From Acidobacteriaceae bacterium (lineage in GTDB: Bacteria > Acidobacteriota > Terriglobia > Terriglobales > Acidobacteriaceae): a stretch of DNA of 64,000 nt. Shown here in pieces: positions 39,926 to 49,486 of the stretch. Within the stretch, counting starts at the first letter, position 1. Each line of letters opens with the position of its first letter. The notes beneath the pieces are model-generated. The model ran no database searches. It worked only from the letters and a program-made list of their open reading frames with translations, and was not told the DNA's origin. Where the stretch lies: NCBI GenBank assembly GCA_965215415.1, contig CBDCDQ010000002.1:1335-65334 (forward strand), written 5' to 3'. The translations under genes and the position numbers were made by a program.

Positions 39926-41209
39926 ATGCCAAAATCCAGTACGCCACTCAAGACATTTGCCTTTGTCCTGTCGCTCACATCTGTGCTTCTTCTCGGATTA
40001 AGCAGTCTTTCAGCATGTGCACAGGAAGAATCCGTTCAGTTGAAGCAGTTGGCTGACGAACATCGCTGGTCGGAGCTGAGAGACGCGGCAGCGACAATGC
40101 ACTCGACCTTCTATCAGGCTATGGCTGCGGCAGTTTTCAATGAACCTGGAGCCGAACGGATGTTCAGAGCGGCCATCTCTGAACATCCATCATCAGAAGA
40201 GGCCTACGAGGCCTACGACTGGCTCTCTAACATCTTTTTGAAGTCCGGCAGGTACCACAGCCTAGAAGCGGTGATGGAGGCAAGGTGGGCGGCATTCCCG
40301 AAGAAGCAGAGCAATGCAAGAGAGCGAGCGGAGCTTGCGCCATTACGTGGCCTGCCTGACCAGGAGAATGGCCAACGAGCTGTTTCTGTGTTGGCTCACG
40401 ACCCACAATCTTTATCCGTGTCCCTCGCGATCAACGGCAACACTGCCAGGTTCTTCTTTGATGACGGAGCGGACATTTCCTCTATGAGCGAGGAGGAGGC
40501 GAAATCCCTGGGTATGACGATCAGCAGTGCCTCGGGTGCAATGCACAGCATGACCAAAGACGCATCTTTCCGAATGGCCGTCGCAAAAGACATGGTCATT
40601 GGGAAAATGCACTTTAGGAACGTGTCTTTTGCAGTCTTTCCAGACAATCAGGAGCCGTGGTCCTTGGTTCTGAAGAATGAGCGAGGAATCATTGGCTTGC
40701 CGATCATGGTTGGGATGGGAAACTTCGCATGGTCCGCAGACGGCACTATCACGGTCGCAGAAAAGTCGCAGCCGCTTGAACCAAAGCACTCAAACCTCTT
40801 TCTTGACGGAGGCAAGCGTCCGGTGGTGACTGTCAACTTCCAAGATACGAATGTGTTCATGTCACTGGACACCGGAGCTATGACAACAGATGTATATTCG
40901 GGCTTCGCACGACGCTTTCCAGAATACCTAGCGCAGTACGGAACGAAGTCGACCAATGAGATTCGAGGGATCGGCGGCGCTGAGACATTCGAAGCGATAC
41001 ACGTTCCGGAACTACCGCTGACCATCGGTGGAAGGCAGGTTTCACTCAAGCCAGTCTCGGTCATGACGGAGCACGAAACCTGGCGAAAGTGGGTCGTGGC
41101 GAACCTTGGAAAGGACCTCCTCATGCAAACGGGAGGCTTTCGCATCGACTTCGGCGCGATGAGGCTTTCGTTGCGTGAACCACTGCCGCAGTCACAAGAA
41201 ACTAAATGA
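39926..41209 (+). CDS. retropepsin-like aspartic protease family protein (two DxGA-type lobes), probable lipoprotein
   Basis: Lipobox-like LSSLSAC. FFFDDGADISSM and FMSLDTGAMTTDV resemble paired retropepsin active-site motifs. Confidence 0.6.
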   Translation: MPKSSTPLKTFAFVLSLTSVLLLGLSSLSACAQEESVQLKQLADEHRWSELRDAAATMHSTFYQAMAAAVFNEPGAERMFRAAISEHPSSEEAYEAYDWLSNIFLKSGRYHSLEAVMEARWAAFPKKQSNARERAELAPLRGLPDQENGQRAVSVLAHDPQSLSVSLAINGNTARFFFDDGADISSMSEEEAKSLGMTISSASGAMHSMTKDASFRMAVAKDMVIGKMHFRNVSFAVFPDNQEPWSLVLKNERGIIGLPIMVGMGNFAWSADGTITVAEKSQPLEPKHSNLFLDGGKRPVVTVNFQDTNVFMSLDTGAMTTDVYSGFARRFPEYLAQYGTKSTNEIRGIGGAETFEAIHVPELPLTIGGRQVSLKPVSVMTEHETWRKWVVANLGKDLLMQTGGFRIDFGAMRLSLREPLPQSQETK

Positions 41210-41720
41210 CAGCCCACGCTCGCGTGTGATGGCGTTAGTACCGACAAGTCGCATTGTGGGAAGTAGACTGACCCTCGCAGTGTCGATCTCTACGTTTACG
41301 GTGCGGGACTGCCGGTGATCGACTTGGGAAGGAGCAAAACGATCCCAGCGGCAAGGATTGCGAGGCCTGACCATTCTTACCAGTGTTGCCGAGAGACCCC
41401 AAACAACATAAGTCCGATTCCAATGAGCATGCAGCCTAGCCAGCGCTTTCCTAACGGCATAGAATGCCCCCTCAAAGATAGCTTGCCCTTCAAACCCTCG
41501 ACGCTGGTTGCGTTTTGCTACGTGGCCAAAGACCGTCGGCTGGACGGTCCGAATAGAGATTTACGGCCAGCCGTGGAAATGACCGGCCTCTGCAAAGCGT
41601 GGAACGGAGAAACTGTCCCACCCTTTACACAGTCCGTTGGAAGACGCCGATGCTGCCGGCGTCTCCCACATTACGCACCGCTGCGGCGACGGGTGTATGT
41701 ATGTAATTACAGCAATACGC

Positions 41721-44700
41721 TTATAAGCTGAGACCGATACCGTAGCCACGCTGAATTTCTCGTTGCGGGGGCTTCTGACCCTGTTCCTGCTGGGGCGTCT
41801 TCGCCCTTTCGGCTGTCCTCTGTTGCTGAACTGCCGGGGCTGTCGTGTGAATGGAAACGTCCCGGGCGTTTGCAGGAATGCTCTTCAGGGCCCTGGCTTC
41901 TGCCGTGTCACCAGTTACGATGAACCGCTCAGCAGAAACGCGGCGGCCGCTTTCGACGGCGTAGCCATGCTCGACGTGCCGGGCCTGCTTTGCCGATAAC
42001 TCTATCTCTTTGCCGCTGTCCAGCCGCACCCTCAGACTGCACTTGTCGTCGGTTTTAGTAACAGTTGCGAAGTCTCCAGCCCGGACGTTCAGCTCCTTGT
42101 CGTTCCGGGTGATGCGGATGCGTTCGCCCTGAACGATGGGCTGCAGCTCCGGTCGGTAGACCTTGGAATCGTTTGTCGCTGTCTTCAGCCGTGAGGGGCT
42201 GTAGGTCACAAGGTCATCCTGGCCGGTCCTGACGACGATGAGGTTACGGCGGGAATCTACCGCTTCAACGGTAGCCTCAGTCTTCGGGAGCAGCCCGTGC
42301 TTTGGACTCCCCTTGCCGTACTGGATCACGTCGCCGGGTTTGTAATCCGCCGCTCTGCCTTCCTGCCTGAAATGCTGCTCCTGTAATACAGTCCAAACTT
42401 CCTTGTTCGGCGCGAGTCGGCCCGCCTGCTGCAGCTCGGCTCGGACCTGGGCAGTGATGGCCGCTCGATCCGATTGCTTTTCTGAGAGGACAACGGTTCT
42501 GTCTCGCGTAGCGGCATACTCTTTTGCTACTGCGGAGATCCGTTCCGAGGGCTGGGCGTGCTGGTGGACCTTCCCTTGGCTTTTGAGCTTATCTATAGAT
42601 ACGTCCGTTTTCCCCGCTCGGAATCCTTCCACGGCTTGGCGCAACTCACTCTTTATCTCGGCACGTGGAATCTCGATGGCGGCGGTCTTCGAAACATCGA
42701 CGGAGAGCCGCTTGCCCAGAGAGTCGGCGTCGTTCGTGTAGATGCGTGCATCCTGGGAAGCACGCGAGACGGCCACATACGCAAGCCTTGTGTTCACCAA
42801 CGAGCGTGCAGTGTCGGTGTCGAAGTTTGCCAGAACGCGGTCCTGGGTCAATCCCTGCGAGCTGTGCGACGTGACGGCGTAGCCGTGGTCAAACTGCCGC
42901 AGCCTGGCAGGATCGAAGGTGACGGTACGCTCGCCTTTGCCGTCCATCCGGACGGTCATCTGGCCCGGCGCAGCGGAGACGACTGTCGCAAGGTCGCGGT
43001 TCCGAATATCGAGCTTTTTGGCGTTGGTGGTGAACTGAATCCGATCGCCTGCGGCAAACTCACGGGTGCTTTCCCGGTAGGCGTTGACGCCTCGAAGACG
43101 CTTTGGATCGTAGCTAACGGTCTTCCCGTTCTCCAGCTCCACCGTGAGCCGATTCGCAGCGGTATCGACGCTGCGGACAGTAGCGAAGCTGTCTTTGGCG
43201 ATTCCCTCGGCCTTGCTGCCGGCGGTGTACTGGAGAATGTTTCCGACTTCGTAGCGAGCGGCCCAGGTGCGCTCCGCGCCGGTCATATCGTTACGGTTTG
43301 TGAGAGTGCGGAACGTCTCGGCGTTGCCGGAAAGGACGCCTTTCTCCTTCAGTTCCACGCGCACCGCCTCATTCAACAGCTGACGGCTTTTGTTATCCGG
43401 GGAGACGATGATGGTGCTTTCCGGCTTGCTGGCGTAGTCGCGGGCTATGGCCTGAATGCGTTCCGGTCCGTTTGGAATCTCTGTAACCCGGCCTTGCTCG
43501 CGAAGCAATGCGACGCCGCGTTCGGTCTCATTCCGTGCGAGATGTTCGACCGCCCGCAACAGCTCGGGGTCCTTCTGCCGCACGATCTGGTCAAGCTGCG
43601 AGGTTCGCATTCCGGCGTCCTGCATCTGCTGGAAAGGGCGGCCTGCCTCTACGCCCTGGTGCTGGCGTATGTCTCCAATGACGACGATGTGATCGTTCGG
43701 TCCTACCTTGTCCAGGAACTGCCGCATCTGTTTCGAACTTGCCAGACTCGACTCGTCCAGTAGGTAAAGATGCCGCGCGTCCGGGTCCGTTGCCGTTTTA
43801 CGCTGCAGGAAGCTTTGCAGCGTGTTGGCTTCGATCCCCGCGTCGCGGAGCTGGCCGCTGGCCTTCGACGTGGGCGCGAAACCTTCTACCTTGTACCCGC
43901 TCTTTTCCGCGCCTTCGCGGATGGTTTCAAGGGTGGTCGTCTTCCCTGTTCCAGCCAAACCCTGCAAGCCATGAACCCGGTCCCGCGTCGTCAGAATGTC
44001 CTCAACGACGCGCCGTTGGGAGTCGTTTAGAAAGCCGCGAGCGTTCGCCTGCTCCTCGGCCATCGCTGCGGTTGTGATGGAAGAAACAGTGTTCTTTCCC
44101 TGAAGTACGTGGTTGATGTTCGCCCGTTCCTGAGCGATTGTTTCGGGTGTGGTGAAGCGGCCAGCGGACGCGTACTTGGGTGCCTCGACAGAGCGGAACT
44201 CACCGGCTGTCTGCCTGGTCTGGAACTCTGCTCGAACCTCGGCGGCGGTCACGTCGCCCATTCCCCGGCGAAGCGCATCCCGCAGAATGACCCGCTCGTC
44301 GGCAACGGCCTCGCGCTCAAAGGCGTGGGCTTTTGCGTATGTAACGGCCTCCCTCACCTGGTTGGACTGGTCCGGGGCGATGGCATTCTCTCTGGTGCGG
44401 CTCCGGGCCGCGCTGATGACAGTCTCGTGCTGGTTGCCGAACGTGGCGGCAAGATCGCGGTGCGCGGCGAGTACCTGGGCAGAGGTCAACTCCTGCTTGG
44501 CTTCACGGGTGGCATGAGCGGCAATCTGGGCGGCTCCCGGCCCAGCGAAGCCGGCCTTTTCCATGTGTTCCCTGATCTGGGCGGACCGGGGGCTGGACGC
44601 CTCCAGGTACTCGGCAGAGTAGCCCTTGATCTCGGGTGCGCCGCTCTTCCCTGCCTCCATTTCGTAGCCAAGGTTCTTGAGCCTTTGGAAGAGTTCGGCC

Positions 44701-45341
44701 TGGTAGACGGCCGTCACATAGTTCTGGCTCTCAAAGAAAGCCTTCTCCTGCAAAGCTCGCGTCGATCCGTCCGCACGCTCGGTCACGTTGAAGATGACAG
44801 CGTGGGTGTGAAGCTGTGGGGCGGCATACCCGTCTACCGGTCGCGCTGTGTCATGTTCGAAGGTAGCGGCGACGAACTTCCCGGTCGTCTCGGCGGGATT
44901 GTTGCCGCCGATCCGCGCCTGGGTGAACCGCTCCAGCTCGGCAAGCGCAACCCCAACGGCCTCGCGGTGAGCCTCTCGAACTCGCTCATCCCCGCCCACC
45001 AAGGCGGTCAGGGAAACTGACTTCGAAGGGGCGAACTGGGCATCCCATCCGGCCCGGTGCTCGACCGCTTTCGTAGTCGAACCGTCTGGGTTTTTGTACT
45101 CCTGGGCCTCCCTGTGTCTTACCAACTGCTCACCGGTTTCCGGGTGCTGCCCTTCGGCAAGCCGGTTGAAGGCGAGCGAGCTGACCTCCCCCGAAAGTCC
45201 AAGCGAAGCTGCCAGCTCACCTCTCCATTCGCCCCTCACTTCCTCGCCCTGCTGGTAGTAGCTCTGGGTCGAGGAAGCGTAGTCGAGCTTGTGGTACGTG
45301 GCGGCTTGTCCGGCGTTGAGCGCAGATGAAATTGTGAGCAT
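41721..45341 (-). CDS. traI: MOBF-family conjugative relaxase/helicase (TrwC/TraI-like)
   Basis: N-terminal MLTISSALNAGQAATYHKLDYA...YYQQGEE..GEWRG (TrwC relaxase), HTHAVIFN histidine motif, and a central GLAGTGKTT RecD-like helicase. Confidence 0.95.
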   Translation of the reverse strand: MLTISSALNAGQAATYHKLDYASSTQSYYQQGEEVRGEWRGELAASLGLSGEVSSLAFNRLAEGQHPETGEQLVRHREAQEYKNPDGSTTKAVEHRAGWDAQFAPSKSVSLTALVGGDERVREAHREAVGVALAELERFTQARIGGNNPAETTGKFVAATFEHDTARPVDGYAAPQLHTHAVIFNVTERADGSTRALQEKAFFESQNYVTAVYQAELFQRLKNLGYEMEAGKSGAPEIKGYSAEYLEASSPRSAQIREHMEKAGFAGPGAAQIAAHATREAKQELTSAQVLAAHRDLAATFGNQHETVISAARSRTRENAIAPDQSNQVREAVTYAKAHAFEREAVADERVILRDALRRGMGDVTAAEVRAEFQTRQTAGEFRSVEAPKYASAGRFTTPETIAQERANINHVLQGKNTVSSITTAAMAEEQANARGFLNDSQRRVVEDILTTRDRVHGLQGLAGTGKTTTLETIREGAEKSGYKVEGFAPTSKASGQLRDAGIEANTLQSFLQRKTATDPDARHLYLLDESSLASSKQMRQFLDKVGPNDHIVVIGDIRQHQGVEAGRPFQQMQDAGMRTSQLDQIVRQKDPELLRAVEHLARNETERGVALLREQGRVTEIPNGPERIQAIARDYASKPESTIIVSPDNKSRQLLNEAVRVELKEKGVLSGNAETFRTLTNRNDMTGAERTWAARYEVGNILQYTAGSKAEGIAKDSFATVRSVDTAANRLTVELENGKTVSYDPKRLRGVNAYRESTREFAAGDRIQFTTNAKKLDIRNRDLATVVSAAPGQMTVRMDGKGERTVTFDPARLRQFDHGYAVTSHSSQGLTQDRVLANFDTDTARSLVNTRLAYVAVSRASQDARIYTNDADSLGKRLSVDVSKTAAIEIPRAEIKSELRQAVEGFRAGKTDVSIDKLKSQGKVHQHAQPSERISAVAKEYAATRDRTVVLSEKQSDRAAITAQVRAELQQAGRLAPNKEVWTVLQEQHFRQEGRAADYKPGDVIQYGKGSPKHGLLPKTEATVEAVDSRRNLIVVRTGQDDLVTYSPSRLKTATNDSKVYRPELQPIVQGERIRITRNDKELNVRAGDFATVTKTDDKCSLRVRLDSGKEIELSAKQARHVEHGYAVESGRRVSAERFIVTGDTAEARALKSIPANARDVSIHTTAPAVQQQRTAERAKTPQQEQGQKPPQREIQRGYGIGLSL

Positions 45342-45359
45342 TTGAGCGGGGTCGTCCCT

Positions 45360-47546
45360 CTACATTTGTATGAACTGGTGATGATTTGACGGCTTTTCCG
45401 GTCCGGCTTTCGGACGGTCCAGCTCCCTCGAAAGACACTCTTCCTGAAGGATTTCTGCTTCCGTTTCCGGCTTCGGCTGGGCCTCCTGCTTCTGCGATTT
45501 CTTGCGAGACTTCCGGCTTTTGCGGTGTTCGGTAGCCTCTGTGCCAACCTCCCCGCCTGAGGCTGGTGCGACCGTCTCGGCGACTTCCGTCTCCACGATC
45601 TCAGCTTTCTCAGGAGGCGCTTCGGACCCAGCAGATGGGGTTGCTGGTGCCTCCGCCGCACCTGCCTGTTTGGAGGCAGCTCCGCGATTTGGAGGGCGCG
45701 GTTTCAGCGTGTCGGGGTCGAAACTTAGTTCTCCTTCCGCGCCGGTGCGACTGACAAAACCGGGGCTCACTTTCGGCAGGCTGATGTAGTTGAAGTTGAA
45801 CTGCGCGACGTTGTTTCCGTGCTTCAGGTAGGCGTGTAGATCGTCCAGTCCGGCAATCTGGGACTCCATGACCAGCGGCTCGATCTGCCGGTCAAGGGAG
45901 TAGTTCCGGCCCTGCTTTGCCCCGTCGTGTTTCGTCTCCTTGACGCGTTCGATCTCGACGTAGCCGATGGCTTTGGAGATCCACTGCGCTGCGTTGGGTT
46001 CCGCCGTCTTCATGAAGAGCTTGGTGGCCGGTTGGGACACCATGACCTCGGCCAGCTTGTCGCCGTAGATGGCCTGGAGCTGTGCCCTGCCTTGGAACCC
46101 GAGCACCATCGGATTCTTCGACTTCCGTGCCTCGGTGAGGGCGGTATGGAGCTGCGGGAGTCGCTGCAGGCTTGCCAGCTCGTCGATCACAAACCAGACT
46201 TTCCGTTGGTTCGGGGCGGGTTCATTCATCAGCCGCATCACCAGCAAGTCAATCCAAAGGGAATGCAGCGGACGGAGTGTGTTGCGCTCGGTCGGACGTG
46301 ACGTAATGAACACCCAACCCTTGCGGGTTTTCGACCAGGAACGGGCATTCCACTCCCCGTTCGCCTCTTTCTTTGTGGGCAAAAGCCGGAAGGATTTCGC
46401 CACAATTCCGAGTGAGGAAAGCACACCGGCTCGCTGCGGTCCCGCGTTCCGGTCGATGTAGAACGCCATCTCCGTTCCTTCCACCTTTGCGAGCAGCTCG
46501 TCATCGCTGGCGAGCCAGTCTGCGAGCTGATGAGGTGTTGGTCCGTACTTCAGAAGGTGGGCGAAAATCTGCGCTGGCGTCTGATGAAAGAACTCGTCTT
46601 TACCCTCGCCCGTCGGCTGATACAGAGAGGAAGCAACGGCGTCTGCCTCGGCGTTGGACTCAATCTCCTGGGCTGGACCCCAGTAAGGGCAGCGAGCGTC
46701 CAAGGGGTTCAGAATGATGTCGCCGCGCTCCGCGTCGAAGAATTTCTGGACGTATTCTGTCGCTGGATCGTAGACCACCGCAGAGTCTCCACGCTCCGCT
46801 ACCTGCATGAGGAGCTGGGTAATTAGCTGAGTTTTACCGACACCGGTATCGCCCATCATGAGGAAGTGCTGTGCTTCTTTCCGAGCCGGAATCCGAATCT
46901 TTTCCTCCATGTCAACGGAGTTGAACCCGATGCCGTCACCCTTCTGCTTGCGCACGAACTCCTCGGGCTTCATGAGGACGGGTCCGCGTAGGAGACGACC
47001 GTATTTCATCTGGCGGAACCGCTTCATATCTGCTGGAATGCTCAGTGCGAGCAAGGCGACGAGCGAGAGTGCTGCCCATCCCAAACTCACCGCATAAGAA
47101 CCCAGGAAAGTGTCCCCCTCGAAGATCGCGCCGCGAAGCCAGCGGCTCATTGCCACGTCGGTAAACGTCTCTGGCTTACCGGTGTAGAAGCCCCGGTATC
47201 CCTGAGAAAGTGGGAGAGCGGAGAGCTGGACCGGCAGGCGGTGACCGTCCGGGAATACTGTTTCGCCGTCTTCGAAATCGACTGGCAACGCTCGTCGTGG
47301 CTGCACCTTCGGGCCTCCAAGATAGACGAGCTGATAGTTCCCGTGCGCCTTGAAAAGCTCGCCTGCGGAGCTGCGCAGATAAGCCCCGCTATAGGCTTTT
47401 TCGAGCGGCGTCGTGCCGAATCGCAGGTGCTCCCAGCCGAACAGTAACGTGAGAAGCAAAGCGAGACCAAGTGCGGAATACGAATAGATCGGAACGTGCG
47501 GCGGGAACACTAGTGTCTCTTTACGGCCCCATGCGTTATCCGGCAT
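45360..47546 (-). CDS. traD: type IV coupling protein (TraD/TrwB/VirD4-like)
   Basis: Two N-terminal TM segments, Walker A MMGDTGVGKTQ, ...VWFVIDELASLQRL... Walker B, and a long charged C-terminal tail. Confidence 0.9.
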   Translation of the reverse strand: MPDNAWGRKETLVFPPHVPIYSYSALGLALLLTLLFGWEHLRFGTTPLEKAYSGAYLRSSAGELFKAHGNYQLVYLGGPKVQPRRALPVDFEDGETVFPDGHRLPVQLSALPLSQGYRGFYTGKPETFTDVAMSRWLRGAIFEGDTFLGSYAVSLGWAALSLVALLALSIPADMKRFRQMKYGRLLRGPVLMKPEEFVRKQKGDGIGFNSVDMEEKIRIPARKEAQHFLMMGDTGVGKTQLITQLLMQVAERGDSAVVYDPATEYVQKFFDAERGDIILNPLDARCPYWGPAQEIESNAEADAVASSLYQPTGEGKDEFFHQTPAQIFAHLLKYGPTPHQLADWLASDDELLAKVEGTEMAFYIDRNAGPQRAGVLSSLGIVAKSFRLLPTKKEANGEWNARSWSKTRKGWVFITSRPTERNTLRPLHSLWIDLLVMRLMNEPAPNQRKVWFVIDELASLQRLPQLHTALTEARKSKNPMVLGFQGRAQLQAIYGDKLAEVMVSQPATKLFMKTAEPNAAQWISKAIGYVEIERVKETKHDGAKQGRNYSLDRQIEPLVMESQIAGLDDLHAYLKHGNNVAQFNFNYISLPKVSPGFVSRTGAEGELSFDPDTLKPRPPNRGAASKQAGAAEAPATPSAGSEAPPEKAEIVETEVAETVAPASGGEVGTEATEHRKSRKSRKKSQKQEAQPKPETEAEILQEECLSRELDRPKAGPEKPSNHHQFIQM

Positions 47547-47951
47547 TTACTGCTCCTTTTGATCGTGGCGGTACTGTTCCGTCACCTGACTGGTGACGCT
47601 TCGTTTCTCTGCGCGAACGTGGTCGAGCAGGGCGCGGAACTGCTCGTCGGTGTAGTCCTCTCCAAGCGCAATGGGCCTCAGAAGATTGACCAGAAACATG
47701 CGAAGGCCGATGAGTTCGGTAAGCAGAATGTCGTCCTTGGGCCTGTCTGCCACTGCTAAGAGCTGCTCCCGCGCCCACTCGCCTGCGGCCTGATTCTTTG
47801 CCAACGCAAGTTCCTCAACGTGTTCACGTTCCGCTCGGGTGAGCTTGACCGTAAGCGAAATTACTCGGCCAGCTCGACCTCGGGAACGTCGAATTCCCTT
47901 CCCCATAACTTGGCCTAAATCAACTGCGGTTTCGCTCATGCTGCCTCTCAA
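47547..47951 (-). CDS. relaxosome accessory protein candidate (RHH/MobC-like)
   Basis: Lies directly upstream of and abutting the T4CP gene. ...RVISLTVKLTRAEREHVEELA... is a strand-helix pattern typical of small mobilisation accessory proteins. Confidence 0.45.
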   Translation of the reverse strand: MRGSMSETAVDLGQVMGKGIRRSRGRAGRVISLTVKLTRAEREHVEELALAKNQAAGEWAREQLLAVADRPKDDILLTELIGLRMFLVNLLRPIALGEDYTDEQFRALLDHVRAEKRSVTSQVTEQYRHDQKEQ

Positions 47952-48168
47952 GGTGAAGGGTTCCTATAGGAACCGTCCGGGGTCCTATAGGAACCTGCTT
48001 GACGATAAGTTGTTGTTTTTATGAGGGTTGCTCTGCGGTAACTTTTCCGGTGCTCTACACCACCCTGGAAGGGATGAAGTGTCATCCTTCCCCATGTGCG
48101 CAGCACATTCCTTTCGCAGGGTGGGTAGAGGCTGCGGTTGCTGTTCCTGCGAGTGCGAATGCTGCGGG
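47952..48168. promoter_or_regulatory. candidate oriT / transfer-operon operator region
   Basis: This is the only sizeable non-coding gap in the transfer region. It holds tandem palindromes GGTTCCTATAGGAACC (47959-47974) and GGTCCTATAGGAACC (47981-47995), plus two hairpins at 48067-48092 and 48094-48108. Confidence 0.5.
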
Positions 48169-48480
48169 CTATTTGGAGCCGACAGCGTGAGGACTCGCAC
48201 CGTTCGTCGCACCATTGCCAGCGCCATTGTTCTTGCTGGCGGTGGTTGCGGCGGGCTTCTTGATGCGAAGGGCGGCAGGAGTCTCGCCGCCCTGATGCTG
48301 CGTGAGGTATTGCTGAAAGTCCTTATCCTTGGTAAACACATACTCAAGGGCCTGGTTCACCACATCGTCAGCGGATGCCTTAGCGAAATGTGCGTACTGG
48401 TCAACCCGCTTCGCGGTTGACTCTTCAAGTCTTACGGTGGTCTCTACCTTCTTCGAAGCCTGGATGCTGAGCAATGGCAT
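48169..48480 (-). CDS. small RHH/CopG-like DNA-binding protein candidate
   Basis: KKVETTVRLEESTAKRVDQYAHFAKASADDVVNQALEYVF fits a strand-helix-helix pattern. The tail is low-complexity. Confidence 0.45.
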   Translation of the reverse strand: MPLLSIQASKKVETTVRLEESTAKRVDQYAHFAKASADDVVNQALEYVFTKDKDFQQYLTQHQGGETPAALRIKKPAATTASKNNGAGNGATNGASPHAVGSK

Positions 48481-48505
48481 GGGGCGTTTCTCCTTTGAAA
48501 ACTGG

Positions 48506-49486
48506 TTAGGCTGCGTGGCTGTGATCCGACGTGGAATAGATCACGTCGTGGTCATACGTCTGGGTGTTCTGGTCGTAGCCGCGAACATGAATCAGTTCGC
48601 GAACTCGGCGCTTTCCATCGGGTGCTCGCTCGCAGTACAGGGCGAAGCCGATGGCTGAAGCCGTCTCAGAACGCATGAAGGAATGATTGAGGTTGGGCCT
48701 CGCACTCAGGGCAAGGTTGGCAAGCCTGCCGAGTGCGTCAAGGGCACTGCTCGCGTGGATGGTGGAGAGTGTTCCGCCATGACCGGTGTTCATGGCCTGC
48801 AGCAGGTCATAGCCACACTCATTGCGAATCTCGCCCATGATGATGCGGTCGGGCCGGTGACGCAAAGCAGCGGCTAACAGTTCACTCGGTGTCACGGCGA
48901 CCTGACCGGGGATCGCATCGACTGCCTCCCACTGAACTGCATTAGGGTGAGCTATTCGGAGCTCGGACGGCTGCTCGATCACACAGAGACGCTCGGTCAT
49001 TGGAATGTGGTCCAGCAGCGCCTTCATCAGGGTGGTCTTGCCACTACCGGTTCCGCCCGCGATGATGCCGTTCTTCCGCTGCATGACGAGGCCAACCACA
49101 AAGTCACGAACCTTCTCCGGCAGACTGCCGGATGCCACAAGCTGATCGCTGGTGAACCACTGGTTGAACTTGCGGATGGTGAGCGACGGCCCATCCTTCG
49201 ATGCTGGCGGGCCTACCACCGCGACGCGCGAACCATCGGGCAGCCGTGTGTTGAGGATGGGGTTCTGGCTCGTCAGATCCTGTCCAAGCACTCGCGCCAC
49301 TCTCTCGATTGCAGCGGTAAGACGTTCGTTGGTGTAAGGGTCGGACAGTTCGATCTTCTCGACCTTGCCTGCACGGTCGGCAAAAACTCCCCTGGTGCCG
49401 TTCACCATCAGGTCAGAGATGGTTGGGTCCAAAAGAAGCGCCTGAATCTCTTTTGGAAAGTACGGCAGAATGAGGTCGTAGCTCAC
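48506..49486 (-). CDS. virB11: VirB11/TrbB-family T4SS ATPase
   Basis: ...IIAGGTGSGKTTLMKALL... Walker A, ...RPDRIIMGEIR..., ...TGHGGTLSTIHA.... Confidence 0.9.
   Translation of the reverse strand: MSYDLILPYFPKEIQALLLDPTISDLMVNGTRGVFADRAGKVEKIELSDPYTNERLTAAIERVARVLGQDLTSQNPILNTRLPDGSRVAVVGPPASKDGPSLTIRKFNQWFTSDQLVASGSLPEKVRDFVVGLVMQRKNGIIAGGTGSGKTTLMKALLDHIPMTERLCVIEQPSELRIAHPNAVQWEAVDAIPGQVAVTPSELLAAALRHRPDRIIMGEIRNECGYDLLQAMNTGHGGTLSTIHASSALDALGRLANLALSARPNLNHSFMRSETASAIGFALYCERAPDGKRRVRELIHVRGYDQNTQTYDHDVIYSTSDHSHAA

Noticed and set aside
41315-41731. 138-aa plus-strand ORF in the gap after the protease gene
   Set aside because: There is no RBS and the composition is odd (Cys/Arg/Pro-rich). 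It runs into the relaxase stop region on the opposite strand.
42558-45020. 401-aa and 303-aa plus-strand ORFs (42558..43763, 44109..45020)
   Set aside because: Both are antisense to the relaxase gene, which has unmistakable TrwC/RecD motifs. The products are low-complexity and Arg/Gly/Leu-rich.
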